Below, piece after piece: positions 25,139-34,534 of a DNA stretch of 64,000 nucleotides; position 1 is the stretch's first letter; every line of letters begins with the position of its first letter. The position numbers and the translations under genes were made by a program. The notes under the pieces are model-generated. The model ran no database searches. It saw nothing but the letters and a program-made list of their open reading frames with translations, and had not been told where the DNA came from. Where the stretch lies: the IMG/VR virus record IMGVR_UViG_3300037847_002819, positions 31,890-95,889 of that record; one strand, written 5' to 3'. This DNA comes from a virus. Lineage: Duplodnaviria > Caudoviricetes.

Positions 25139-26652
25139 TAATTAATGGAGAAGAAGTAAAAGAGAAATTAAAAGAAGGGATTGATTTAGTAGCAAATACT
25201 GTTAAACCAACATTAGGGCCACAAGCAAAAACAGTTATTTTGCAAGGTAATCCTCCTGTTATAATTAATGACGGAGTTACAATTACTAAGTATGTATCAA
25301 GTAATGACCCTTATGTTCAAATGGGAGTCCAAATGGTGCAAAACTTAGCAAGTAAAGCACAGGATAATTCGGGCGATGGAACAACAACGGCCTGTATTAT
25401 TGCTCAAGCACTTGTTGAGAATATTCAGAAACAAGAGAATTATAACATTAGAGTGCTTCAAAATGAATTACAAGAGGCTCAAGAAATTATTGCGTCTTAT
25501 CTGATAGATAACGCAATACCTATTCTTGATGATGATATTCTGAATGTTGCTACTATTGCGGCTAATAATGATGATGAGTTAGGTTCTCTAATTCAAGAGG
25601 CTATCAATGCGGTAGGTCGTGACGGTATCATTACAGTTGAAGAATCCAAAACTCATAAGACACAAATAGTTACAAGAAGTGGTTTAGAGTTTGATGAAGG
25701 TTATCTAAGTCATATGATGTGTAATGGAGATGATGGTAAAGTAACATTTGATAATCCCGTTATCTTTTCATCTAATCTAAACATTAGACACTTTCAAGAA
25801 ATACTTCCGTTGCTAGAATTATGTGCTAAGAATAAGAAACCATTGGTAATCATTTGTCGTGGTATGGAAGGCACTGCACTAAGTAATGTAATTATGAATG
25901 TTCTTCAAAAGACAATTGAAGTAGCAGTGGTAAAAGCACCAAACTTCGGTGATGCTCAATTAGATGAGTTAGACGATATTGTAACTGTTTGTGGCGGTAA
26001 AATGTTTAACGAAGAAAGTAAAGATGAGCCGTCTATGGCTACTTTGGATGAGTTAGGAACTGCTGATAAAATAATCATATCTAAAGATAATACTGTTATT
26101 ATTGGTGGAGGTAATGCTGGTTCTGATTCAAAAGAACAGAAGGTTTCCTCTCTAAAAGAATTGTATGAATCAACTGATGATAGGTATGACAAGATGCGCT
26201 ACAAAAAGCGAATAGCAAGATTGAATGGCGGTATTGCTACTATTCAAGTTGGTGCATCTTCACAAATGGAAATGCGTGAAACTAAAGAAAGATTAGATGA
26301 TGCGCTTAATGCTACTAAAGCAGCACTTGACGAAGGTATTGTTATTGGTGGAGGTAAGGCACTTCTTAATGCTAGAGATTCTTTAGATGTAGCAAAGAAG
26401 GGTCATCATGTAGTGTATGAATCGTTAATTGCCCCGTTTATGACTTTATGTGATAACAGTAGTGTTGATGATTTGCATTATCTTCCTTTAGAAACAAATG
26501 AATCAATAAATGCTATGACGGGTGAAGTAGGAAATATGTTTGAATTGGGTATTGTTGACCCTGTAAAGGTAACTAGAAACAGTTTCCTTGCGGCTATGTC
26601 AATAGCAAAACTTTTCCTAACTACCGAAGTAGCAGTTTTGAGAGAGGAATGA
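25135..26652 (+). CDS. groEL: group I chaperonin GroEL
   Basis: TLGP, INDGVTI, GDGTTT, KAPNFGD, ERLDDALNATKAA, GIVDPVKV. Confidence 0.95.
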   Translation: MIINGEEVKEKLKEGIDLVANTVKPTLGPQAKTVILQGNPPVIINDGVTITKYVSSNDPYVQMGVQMVQNLASKAQDNSGDGTTTACIIAQALVENIQKQENYNIRVLQNELQEAQEIIASYLIDNAIPILDDDILNVATIAANNDDELGSLIQEAINAVGRDGIITVEESKTHKTQIVTRSGLEFDEGYLSHMMCNGDDGKVTFDNPVIFSSNLNIRHFQEILPLLELCAKNKKPLVIICRGMEGTALSNVIMNVLQKTIEVAVVKAPNFGDAQLDELDDIVTVCGGKMFNEESKDEPSMATLDELGTADKIIISKDNTVIIGGGNAGSDSKEQKVSSLKELYESTDDRYDKMRYKKRIARLNGGIATIQVGASSQMEMRETKERLDDALNATKAALDEGIVIGGGKALLNARDSLDVAKKGHHVVYESLIAPFMTLCDNSSVDDLHYLPLETNESINAMTGEVGNMFELGIVDPVKVTRNSFLAAMSIAKLFLTTEVAVLREE

Positions 26653-27056
26653 ATATGAAGAAAAGAGCCGTAACTGTAACTTTACCTGCTCCTCATGCGG
26701 CAGAAGTTAAATGTCCTATTTGTGAAGGTAACAAGTGTAAAGTTTGCAAAATGACAGGAAAGTTATCTATTCAAGTAGCACCAAAGATACCTATTCAAAG
26801 AGCGCATATTATCAAATATGTCATTGAGAATATACATGATGTTGCTAACGAAATAACTAGAAATTATGGCTTAGTCCCAGAAGTAAATACTATTGAGGTC
26901 ATTGAAATAAATGAAGGCCAATACGAAATAGTGCAAGTATCATCACTAGGCGGTGCTTGTTGGGTAGTAAATCGTTTAGATGAATTAGATACACCAAGAT
27001 ACTTTACTTCAAGAAAGGAGTTAGAGAAATTCAAGGAGGGATGGTTCAGTGAGTGA
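26649..27056 (+). CDS. hypothetical protein with Zn motif (CPICEGNKCKVCKMTG)
   Basis: ORF; DnaJ-like Cys motif. Confidence 0.75.
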   Translation: MNMKKRAVTVTLPAPHAAEVKCPICEGNKCKVCKMTGKLSIQVAPKIPIQRAHIIKYVIENIHDVANEITRNYGLVPEVNTIEVIEINEGQYEIVQVSSLGGACWVVNRLDELDTPRYFTSRKELEKFKEGWFSE

Positions 27057-27246
27057 GCCAATGGAAATAAAAGGAAGGATTGTTAGAAATGCCAACGATG
27101 AAGTCCTTGTTAAAAGAGGAATTTATTGGAACATAGAAGTTATGGATATTAGATGGTATAAGAATGACAAACCAACAAAAGGTATTCGTCTAAATATAGA
27201 GGAAGCCAAAACATTACTGAACATATTAAAGAGGGAATTAGAATGA
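27049..27246 (+). CDS. PC4/Sub1-like ssDNA-binding protein
   Basis: DIRWY....PTKGIRL..EE matches the PC4 DiR.wy...PtkKGi.l motif. Confidence 0.75.
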   Translation: MSEPMEIKGRIVRNANDEVLVKRGIYWNIEVMDIRWYKNDKPTKGIRLNIEEAKTLLNILKRELE

Positions 27247-27524
27247 AATTTAGAATTAGTGAAGTGCAAGCGAAAGCGAGTGTTAGAAAAGCGAATAAGC
27301 ATAGGCAATTTGAAATGGGTGCTTTAGATAGACATAGAAGATATTCAACTGAATTGATTGATTTGTGGTCTGCATTCATAGAATTAGAAATGCCCGTTGG
27401 TGCGGGTGAAGGAAGAGGTTCAAGAGTAACTAAGGAACATATTGATAAATCTTGGAGTAAGTTTCAAGGTCATATGTTGAAATTATTATTATTGAATAGA
27501 CTGTTTGGAGATGAAGAAGAATGA
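27243..27524 (+). CDS. hypothetical protein, possible histone fold
   Basis: Helix-loop-long helix-loop ending RVTKEHI. Confidence 0.6.
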   Translation: MKFRISEVQAKASVRKANKHRQFEMGALDRHRRYSTELIDLWSAFIELEMPVGAGEGRGSRVTKEHIDKSWSKFQGHMLKLLLLNRLFGDEEE

Positions 27525-27889
27525 ATTTGAATAAGATATTTTTAGATGTAACGAATGATAAAAGATTTGTTGAATGGGCAAAAGCGATGAAAAAGAAAAT
27601 TAAGAACAACCCTGCGGCATTGGCTCATTTTGAGCAAAATTATGCCGTAGTTAGGAATGGTATGTTCTTACCAAGAGCATCATTTGTGATGTATTGGGAA
27701 ATGTTTAATTCCGACAATTTGGCTAGATTAGCACCTGCTATCAGTCAAGCCTCGATGATTCATATGCTACATCGTTTAATGGAACAAAATAAAAATGAAG
27801 AGTCAGCAGTAATGCAGACTATGATGATTAATTATGTTAGAATGATGAACAGTATAGAACAAGGGGCGGCTTCTGATGAAGAAGAATGA
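27521..27889 (+). CDS. hypothetical protein
   Basis: ATGA-coupled ORF. Confidence 0.7.
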   Translation: MNLNKIFLDVTNDKRFVEWAKAMKKKIKNNPAALAHFEQNYAVVRNGMFLPRASFVMYWEMFNSDNLARLAPAISQASMIHMLHRLMEQNKNEESAVMQTMMINYVRMMNSIEQGAASDEEE

Positions 27890-28109
27890 ATGGATTTACT
27901 TAGCAAATGCTATGTGGACTTATGCTGAAAAGCATGAAGGTAAAATTAGCCGCCTTCTAAAAGAATTGGTTAAAATAGTAAATAAAAATATGGAGATGAT
28001 TATAAATGACAATGAACAGACTAGCGAGACTATTAGAAAGCACAGACCAGAAAACACCAACACAACAAGTTTCGATGATAACGGAACAAGTGGGAACATT
28101 CAAGAATAA
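27876..28109 (+). CDS. hypothetical protein, 3-prime part overlaps the ligase
   Basis: ORF fills the gap before the ligase. Confidence 0.5.
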   Translation: MKKNEWIYLANAMWTYAEKHEGKISRLLKELVKIVNKNMEMIINDNEQTSETIRKHRPENTNTTSFDDNGTSGNIQE

Positions 28110-29535
28110 ACCAGCACTATTCGCAATTTTGGCTAGAGAATATCCTAATAATAACATAGGATTATCAAGAGCGAAAAAGTGGATGGCTAAGATATACGAT
28201 GTTTTTGAAGATGAAATAGAAATTGAATACAAAGCACATGATGATTTAGGAGATGCTATCTATTACTTGGATATATCAGCAGAAACAAAAGAACAAACTC
28301 CGCTATCAAGTGTATTGAGTTTGCTTTCTATGGATTGTGATGGTATCAAAACTGAATCTTTCAAAACTATACAACACGCTATTATTAATATGAGTGCATT
28401 AGAATGTCGTTGGTTTATCCGCTATTGGCTAAAGACACCACGCAACGGAATCAATAGTGGTATTGTTAAGAAAGTAATAGCAAAACACTACAACAAGAAG
28501 GTATCAGAAGTTAAGAAGCATTGTAACTTTAACACTATTTCTGATGTGGTAAGATATTATGAATCTAATTCTGAACCACCTACTAATCTAGAACATGGGT
28601 CTTTTGTAGCACCTATGTTAGCAAAAGAAATACCTATGAACAAATGGCCTGTTAATAGAATCGTTGATTACAAATATGATGGTAATAGGTATCAGATTCA
28701 CAAAGAAGGAGACAGTGTAATTATCTTTAACCGCAAAGGAAATATTGTTACTCCGCAGTTTCAAGATGTAGTCGAACAAGTTAGAAAATACAATGTTCAC
28801 ACTTGTATTCTTGATGGGGAAATATATCCTATTAATGAAGATGGTTCACCTGCTGAACATAAACTAATGGGAACAAGAGTCCATTCTAAGAATCACGAAG
28901 AAGCAAGAGAAAGGGTCAAAGTAAAATGGGTTATTTTCGATTGCCTAAAGTTTGGTAAGGACACCATTATGGACTTGCCGTATTCTGATAGATTAATAGC
29001 GATTAAAACATTACCCGACCAAGCACATAGAATGACAGGAACAGATACCTTAGCATTTTACAATAGAGCAATCAATGACGGCTTTGAAGGCATTATAGTT
29101 AAGGATGCCTCTTTGCCTTATGAATCCGGTAAAAGAAGTGTTGGTTGGGCTAAATACAAACCCCCTAGAATTAATCTAGATGTAGTTGTTCTTAGTGCAA
29201 AGTATGGTGAAGGAAGAAGGGCAAATGTATTTGCTTCATTCGCTATGGGAGTTAGAAGTGAACATGGTGATTATGTTCCTTTAGGTTCTATTGGTAGTGG
29301 TTTCAGTGATTCGCAGTTAGTTAGATTGACAAATGATTTAAGAAGAAATATTGATAGTCATTCTAATGGCACATATCACTTCATCCCAAGAATTGTTCTT
29401 GAAGTAACTGCTGATTTAATTTCACAAGATGCTCAAGGTAATTGGGGATTAAGGTTTCCAAGACTAGTTAGAATTAGAGATGATAAGTTTGTAGCAGATA
29501 TTAATACATTTGATGATTTAATGGAGATGGTGTGA
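28006..29535 (+). CDS. lig: ATP-dependent DNA ligase
   Basis: KYDGNR adenylation motif, LDGE, FD, EGIIVK, Y..GKR..W.KYK, LRFPR..R.RDDK. Confidence 0.95.
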   Translation: MTMNRLARLLESTDQKTPTQQVSMITEQVGTFKNKPALFAILAREYPNNNIGLSRAKKWMAKIYDVFEDEIEIEYKAHDDLGDAIYYLDISAETKEQTPLSSVLSLLSMDCDGIKTESFKTIQHAIINMSALECRWFIRYWLKTPRNGINSGIVKKVIAKHYNKKVSEVKKHCNFNTISDVVRYYESNSEPPTNLEHGSFVAPMLAKEIPMNKWPVNRIVDYKYDGNRYQIHKEGDSVIIFNRKGNIVTPQFQDVVEQVRKYNVHTCILDGEIYPINEDGSPAEHKLMGTRVHSKNHEEARERVKVKWVIFDCLKFGKDTIMDLPYSDRLIAIKTLPDQAHRMTGTDTLAFYNRAINDGFEGIIVKDASLPYESGKRSVGWAKYKPPRINLDVVVLSAKYGEGRRANVFASFAMGVRSEHGDYVPLGSIGSGFSDSQLVRLTNDLRRNIDSHSNGTYHFIPRIVLEVTADLISQDAQGNWGLRFPRLVRIRDDKFVADINTFDDLMEMV

Positions 29536-29969
29536 TGGGTGATGAATATGCAAAGCCGCATGATAAATATGTTGCAGATGAAAAGGGAAATATATTTTCA
29601 ATAGAACAGTTAAACAAAAGGCAAACTGAAAGAATGTTGGAGTTATACAAGAAACGAATGAAGATTTCTATTAATAAACTAAGACATTTACATCATAGGA
29701 TATATGATATTATAGGCAAAAAATATCCCAAAGATGCGGCATTCAGAAGGGCAAAAATAGATAAGAAGATTAGTAAAGAGGCTGGTTTTGTATTGAACGA
29801 TGACCTTCGTAATGTTCATGCTAAAATAAAAGAGGCAGATATACAACATCAAGAAATCCTTAGACATAAGACATTTGTTAACATGGCTATTGTTCAATTA
29901 GAAAATGGTGCAGACCATGATTTGATTTTGAACCTGTTAAAACAAACACAAAGGAGTGAACCCGAATGA
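29532..29969 (+). CDS. hypothetical protein
   Basis: Coupled ORF. Confidence 0.7.
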   Translation: MMGDEYAKPHDKYVADEKGNIFSIEQLNKRQTERMLELYKKRMKISINKLRHLHHRIYDIIGKKYPKDAAFRRAKIDKKISKEAGFVLNDDLRNVHAKIKEADIQHQEILRHKTFVNMAIVQLENGADHDLILNLLKQTQRSEPE

Positions 29970-30412
29970 TACAGAAAGGACAATTGACAGTTATTGATAT
30001 GGAGACATATACTTGCATTGATGTAAAGGATGGATATGCTTATTTGAAAAATGTTCTTCACGAACAAGGCAGACCGAAAAAGATGCTTCAACATCTTGTT
30101 CCATACTTTACAGAAGATGGTGAGTTTATAGAACCTAAACAACCGGAGAAGAAGAAATACTCTTCTAGAATCAGTCTTAAACAATTGATTAATAATAGCA
30201 CTGAAATGCCGGTCAGTAGGTCTTTTGTTAGTTTATTGTCTGAATGGTTAGAAAGTGCTATTTCCGATATGGTAGTGTGGGCTGAAGATAATGCGAATGC
30301 TAAAAATCATCAAAGGATTTCAGCGCAACATTTGTATTGGTGGGAGTTGAGTCACACTCAAGAACCTAACGGGCATTGGCCTTCACAGGAAGATTATGTA
30401 AAGGAAAGGTGA
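29966..30412 (+). CDS. two-domain protein with C-terminal histone-fold-like domain
   Basis: LKQLINNSTEMPVSRSFVSLLSEWLESAISDMVVWAEDNANAKNHQRISAQHL parallels the archaeal HMf pattern. Confidence 0.65.
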   Translation: MIQKGQLTVIDMETYTCIDVKDGYAYLKNVLHEQGRPKKMLQHLVPYFTEDGEFIEPKQPEKKKYSSRISLKQLINNSTEMPVSRSFVSLLSEWLESAISDMVVWAEDNANAKNHQRISAQHLYWWELSHTQEPNGHWPSQEDYVKER

Positions 30413-30416
30413 TTAT

Positions 30417-30773
30417 TTGCTTCAAGATGAACATATCCAAGAATGGATTAAAGAGTATGGAGGAGTTACTTCCTATACTTATCTTGTTTATGGAGAAGTT
30501 GATAATAGAGATTTAATGATGATTCAACAAGGATTAACTCTTAGGTTAGTGCATAAAGGTCACGACCACATAATGTTATTTATTGAAGAAATAATTGATG
30601 AAGAGTTAGCGAATGCTTTAGGGCAATATAGAGGAACGCAAATCAATGTTGTTTTTCGAGGAGATAATTCAGATGTTGAAGACTTGATAACTTCAACAAT
30701 TTCAGAAGGATTAGAATATTTGAGATTGAAGCATGACTTTGTAGGAGTTATGGGAGCGAATGAATATGTATAG
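30417..30773 (+). CDS. hypothetical protein
   Basis: AGGTGA RBS, TTG start. Confidence 0.7.
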   Translation: MLQDEHIQEWIKEYGGVTSYTYLVYGEVDNRDLMMIQQGLTLRLVHKGHDHIMLFIEEIIDEELANALGQYRGTQINVVFRGDNSDVEDLITSTISEGLEYLRLKHDFVGVMGANEYV

Positions 30774-31164
30774 TAAAGATATGATAGTAGGAATTATGTT
30801 AAGTGTAGGAAAACCGGAAATACAAATCATAAGAGATGATAATTCTAACATAGGTTATAGAGTTAGATTGATGGTTAAGTTAAGAGGAAGAGAAAAGTTT
30901 GTTGAGGCAGTGTCGAGAACACTTCTTCAACACGAAATAAAATCTTCTGTAATACAACAGGAATCTAAATCAAGACCTGCACCAATACTAAAAATTGGTG
31001 GCATTAAAAATATGTATAGATTGATGGTTTTAATCCATCCTCATCTTATTGATAAGAATGACCTATGGACTCCGTTTAGGAAAGCAGTAGGAATAGTTTC
31101 AGATAATAAACACTTAACGCTAGAAGGTATGGAAGAATTATTCCGTATAAAGGGATTGATATAA
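30766..31164 (+). CDS. degenerate single-motif LAGLIDADG endonuclease-like protein
   Basis: IVGIMLSVG replaces the LAGLIDADG helix; GYRVRL strand; KHLTLEG tail typical of LAGLIDADG_1. Confidence 0.65.
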   Translation: MYSKDMIVGIMLSVGKPEIQIIRDDNSNIGYRVRLMVKLRGREKFVEAVSRTLLQHEIKSSVIQQESKSRPAPILKIGGIKNMYRLMVLIHPHLIDKNDLWTPFRKAVGIVSDNKHLTLEGMEELFRIKGLI

Positions 31165-32015
31165 TGGGTATGAGTAATTTGAATAACAATAGACCAATAC
31201 TAATAACAGGAAAAACAGGAACAGGAAAAACAACAAAGGCAAAAGGTATGTTACCCAACGCTTTAGTTGTATATGCAAACGAAATGAACATTCAAGATTT
31301 AGGTTCTTTACCTAAAGAGAATGGTATTATTATAGAAGATGTGCATTACAAACCTAATAAAGATTCTATTCTCAATGTTATTAGAAGGTATAGAGGTGAA
31401 ATAGTTTTAACTTCGTTAAATGAGAAAGATGTTCCAAAGGAAATCAAGGCTAAGTGCCAAATCAAGAGAGCAGGTTCTCATAATTATTTAGCCGAATCAA
31501 TCAAAGAATTAGCACCGCATTGTCAAGAACCGTTTGCTTTAGATATGGACACCTACTCTTTAGTTATGTTCTATCTAAAAGAAACTGATAGAGACATTGT
31601 TTCGGAAGTATTGAAACACAATAAACCAGCCGACACACAGATTATGTCTTGGCTTGTTGAAAACATTCACCCTAATAAGATATTATTTATTGATGGTGTA
31701 GTAAAAAGAAGATGGAGTCAAAACTATTTCTATGAGATGTTGGCTTATTGCCATAGCGGTAATGTCTATGGAAGAATCAATATGCCATCAAGAGGTAGTT
31801 ATTCTAAGATACCTAGACTTCTAAAAAGAATAGGTATCAAGAATGGAGATAAAAGAATCTTTACACAAATGAAAAATGATGATGAGTTTGTAAAGTATGT
31901 TAAAACTAAGTTTAACAATGCTGATTGTAGGATTCTTAACTTAGGCGAAAAGAAAAGAAGAAAAAGAAAGGAAAAAATAAAAGTAAAAATGAATACATTG
32001 GAGGAATATTTATGA
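31164..32015 (+). CDS. AAA+ ATPase, clamp-loader large subunit-like
   Basis: LITGKTGTGKT Walker A, IIIEDV Walker B; PIP-like MNTLEEYL tail; next to RFC small subunit. Confidence 0.7.
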   Translation: MGMSNLNNNRPILITGKTGTGKTTKAKGMLPNALVVYANEMNIQDLGSLPKENGIIIEDVHYKPNKDSILNVIRRYRGEIVLTSLNEKDVPKEIKAKCQIKRAGSHNYLAESIKELAPHCQEPFALDMDTYSLVMFYLKETDRDIVSEVLKHNKPADTQIMSWLVENIHPNKILFIDGVVKRRWSQNYFYEMLAYCHSGNVYGRINMPSRGSYSKIPRLLKRIGIKNGDKRIFTQMKNDDEFVKYVKTKFNNADCRILNLGEKKRRKRKEKIKVKMNTLEEYL

Positions 32016-32305
32016 GAAATAAACAGTTAGTAAATTCCTTGTTTTATGTCTTACAAGACAAAGAATTAGGAGTTGGAGAAATTATACATGAATTGAAAGA
32101 ATACGGTCACAGTAGTAGGGGCAGGTCTTTTACTACTCAACAAATCGCTTGTATTCTTTCTAAGAATAAGTTATTTGTGAAGTCAAGAAAAAACTCCAAA
32201 GTAACTCTTTGGAAAACAAATCCTTCTTACGAATACATAGATGTAAAGAGAGAAGTTGGCGGAGCAGTATTACCAAATTGGAGGAAGAGAAATGTTGTGG
32301 ACTGA
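32012..32305 (+). CDS. winged-helix-like protein
   Basis: L..GEI...L...TTQQIA.IL....F......W pattern. Confidence 0.55.
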   Translation: MRNKQLVNSLFYVLQDKELGVGEIIHELKEYGHSSRGRSFTTQQIACILSKNKLFVKSRKNSKVTLWKTNPSYEYIDVKREVGGAVLPNWRKRNVVD

Positions 32306-33206
32306 AAAATATAGACCTAAGACTTTGCGAAATATCAAAGGACAAGAGCATTTTGTTTTAGATGCGGAAGTATGGGTTGAAGAAAAGAATATGCCTAATG
32401 TATTACTCTATGGTAATGCTGGAACAGGTAAAACAGGAGCAGGTTTGGCTTTGGCAAAAAGTATCTTAGGTGAAAATGCTAAAGATAATTTTGTTGAAGT
32501 AAATGCTTCTGATGATAGGCGACTAGAAGTAATTAGAACCACTATCAAAAGGGTTGCTCAAAGCGGCACTATTGGGGATGTTCCCTTTAGGATTTGTCTA
32601 TTAGATGAAATGGATGGTATGACAAAGGATGCCCAAAATGCTTTGAAAAGAATCATGGAAAGATATTCTAGTAATATTCGTTTCATTATTACCTGTAATG
32701 ATAAAAGTAAAATTATTCACCCACTACAAAGCCGGTGTGCTAACTATCACTTTAAGCCACTGTCTAATGAAGTAGTATTAGAAGTAATCAAGGAAATACT
32801 TCAAAATGAACAGGTGACTAGTTTTACGGATGATGAGTTGACTCCCTTTATAGCCTCCTTAGACGGTGATATGCGTAGGGCGATTACGGAATTACAAGCG
32901 GCTAAATCATCCGGCTTTTCATTAACAAAGCAAATAGAAAATTCACTACAAGAATATAATAAAATACTAATGCTAATACTAGATAAAAAACCAAACGAAT
33001 CACTTACATTACTTCATAATTTAATTTATGAAGGAAGAACAGTAAAGGAGATTTGTGTTGGTATTCACGACACAATAATTAATTCAGAAGGATTAGATAA
33101 TCTAACTAAATTTAAGTTACTAAGAACAATAGGAGAAAGCGAATGGCGTTCCACTACCATGACACCAAAGGTATTACTATCTTGGATGGTAGGGCAATTA
33201 ATTTGA
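32292..33206 (+). CDS. rfcS: replication factor C small subunit
   Basis: WTEKYRP, GNAGTGKT, EVNASDDR, LDEMD.MT.DAQ.AL, LQSRC, GDMRRAI. Confidence 0.95.
   Translation: MLWTEKYRPKTLRNIKGQEHFVLDAEVWVEEKNMPNVLLYGNAGTGKTGAGLALAKSILGENAKDNFVEVNASDDRRLEVIRTTIKRVAQSGTIGDVPFRICLLDEMDGMTKDAQNALKRIMERYSSNIRFIITCNDKSKIIHPLQSRCANYHFKPLSNEVVLEVIKEILQNEQVTSFTDDELTPFIASLDGDMRRAITELQAAKSSGFSLTKQIENSLQEYNKILMLILDKKPNESLTLLHNLIYEGRTVKEICVGIHDTIINSEGLDNLTKFKLLRTIGESEWRSTTMTPKVLLSWMVGQLI
32839..32852 (+). promoter_or_regulatory. third TGACTCCCTTTATA copy, inside rfcS, possible internal promoter for the SSB gene
   Basis: 14-nt exact match to the 9144 and 15883 promoters. Confidence 0.5.
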
Positions 33207-33223
33207 AAAAAAGAGGGAAAAAT

Positions 33224-34432
33224 ATGAATGAAGAAATGAAGAATGAAATAGAAAAATCTGTGCAATATATTGATATGAGCGTTGAAGATGCAATTGCTAA
33301 ATTTGAAAGCATTTGTGCAGAAAATGGAATAGGAACAGACGACCCTTTGGCAAAGGGGCTTTGGCGTAATTATGTTGCTCAAAGTAAAAGGGCTAATAAA
33401 CCAAACAATTCATCAAGCGGTTCACTTGTAAAGAAAACATTTGGTTTCTTTGTGGCTCTTGAAGAACCGAGAGACATGATGAGTTGGAACAGAAATAAGG
33501 CTAAAGAAGAATATCGAAGAGATTCTGATAATGCTTTAGAACAAGGTATTGTTGCTACTGCTGAAGAAAACGCTATGGGCGGTTGGAAAATTACTCGCTA
33601 TTACAAGGGTGATTTACAAGAAAAAGAGGTTGCTGAAAGACCTGCTACTGCCGAAGAAATGGAAGATGGTGTATGGGTTATTCCTTTAGATAATACAGAA
33701 AGATACCAAAATGGCGGAGAAAACCGTAACTACGGTAAGCCACTTCCTTTAGAGCAATTTAGAAGAAGCGGGGTATTCTATGGAAGTGTTGAAGGTGGAG
33801 AAATGAAGAAGTATAACTTCTCATATAAGAATCAAGGTGGAGTTGACTTTACTCCGAATACCTATGATTTCGTTCACTTTGTAGCAATTCCTAGTGATGA
33901 TGGTAATAATTTGTATGGTATGACTGATGTGACTAAAGCAAGTCTAATCAGAAATGCTGACTTAAATCCAGACAATTCTGATTATAGAAATATGGATAAT
34001 TATGATTTCGAAGAATGTCTAGCAAATAACTTTGGTAGCCATTTAACACCATTGGTTGAAATTGATAGAGCGCACATTCTTAGGCAGACACTTCCTACTA
34101 GTGAGCGTTTCGTTATTACTGATGGAACAGTTTGTAATATGAATATGATGCCGACAAAGAATGGTAATCGTATTTTGAATATAACCGACCTAAATTCTGA
34201 ATTTGACTATGACAACGATAACAACATGACTACTTGTTGGATTCCGTCTAATGTTGAATTGGACTTTGGTATTGGTTCTTCTGTTATTATTGTAGGAAGA
34301 ACTTCACAGCGAATTACTGATGAAGGGGCTGACCCTGTAACAATCAATGTTACCGGACTGTATGTAACAGAAAAGAGAGGTTCACCTGTTGAAGTGAATC
34401 AACCTGTTGAAACCGATTTCGATTGGTTTTGA
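33224..34432 (+). CDS. RPA/SSB-like OB-fold protein
   Basis: C-terminal OB pattern (ITDGTV...RILNITD...TCWIP...FGIGSSVIIVG...INVTGLY); acidic-aromatic tail DFDWF; replication context. Confidence 0.65.
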   Translation: MNEEMKNEIEKSVQYIDMSVEDAIAKFESICAENGIGTDDPLAKGLWRNYVAQSKRANKPNNSSSGSLVKKTFGFFVALEEPRDMMSWNRNKAKEEYRRDSDNALEQGIVATAEENAMGGWKITRYYKGDLQEKEVAERPATAEEMEDGVWVIPLDNTERYQNGGENRNYGKPLPLEQFRRSGVFYGSVEGGEMKKYNFSYKNQGGVDFTPNTYDFVHFVAIPSDDGNNLYGMTDVTKASLIRNADLNPDNSDYRNMDNYDFEECLANNFGSHLTPLVEIDRAHILRQTLPTSERFVITDGTVCNMNMMPTKNGNRILNITDLNSEFDYDNDNNMTTCWIPSNVELDFGIGSSVIIVGRTSQRITDEGADPVTINVTGLYVTEKRGSPVEVNQPVETDFDWF

Positions 34433-34534
34433 AGTTTAACTCCAAATGAAGGCATACAAGTGTAAGCATAAACTTGTGGAGAAATAGATGCTCAAATGGG
34501 TGCGAAGCCCTGTTTAGATTTAAGAGGTATTAAA

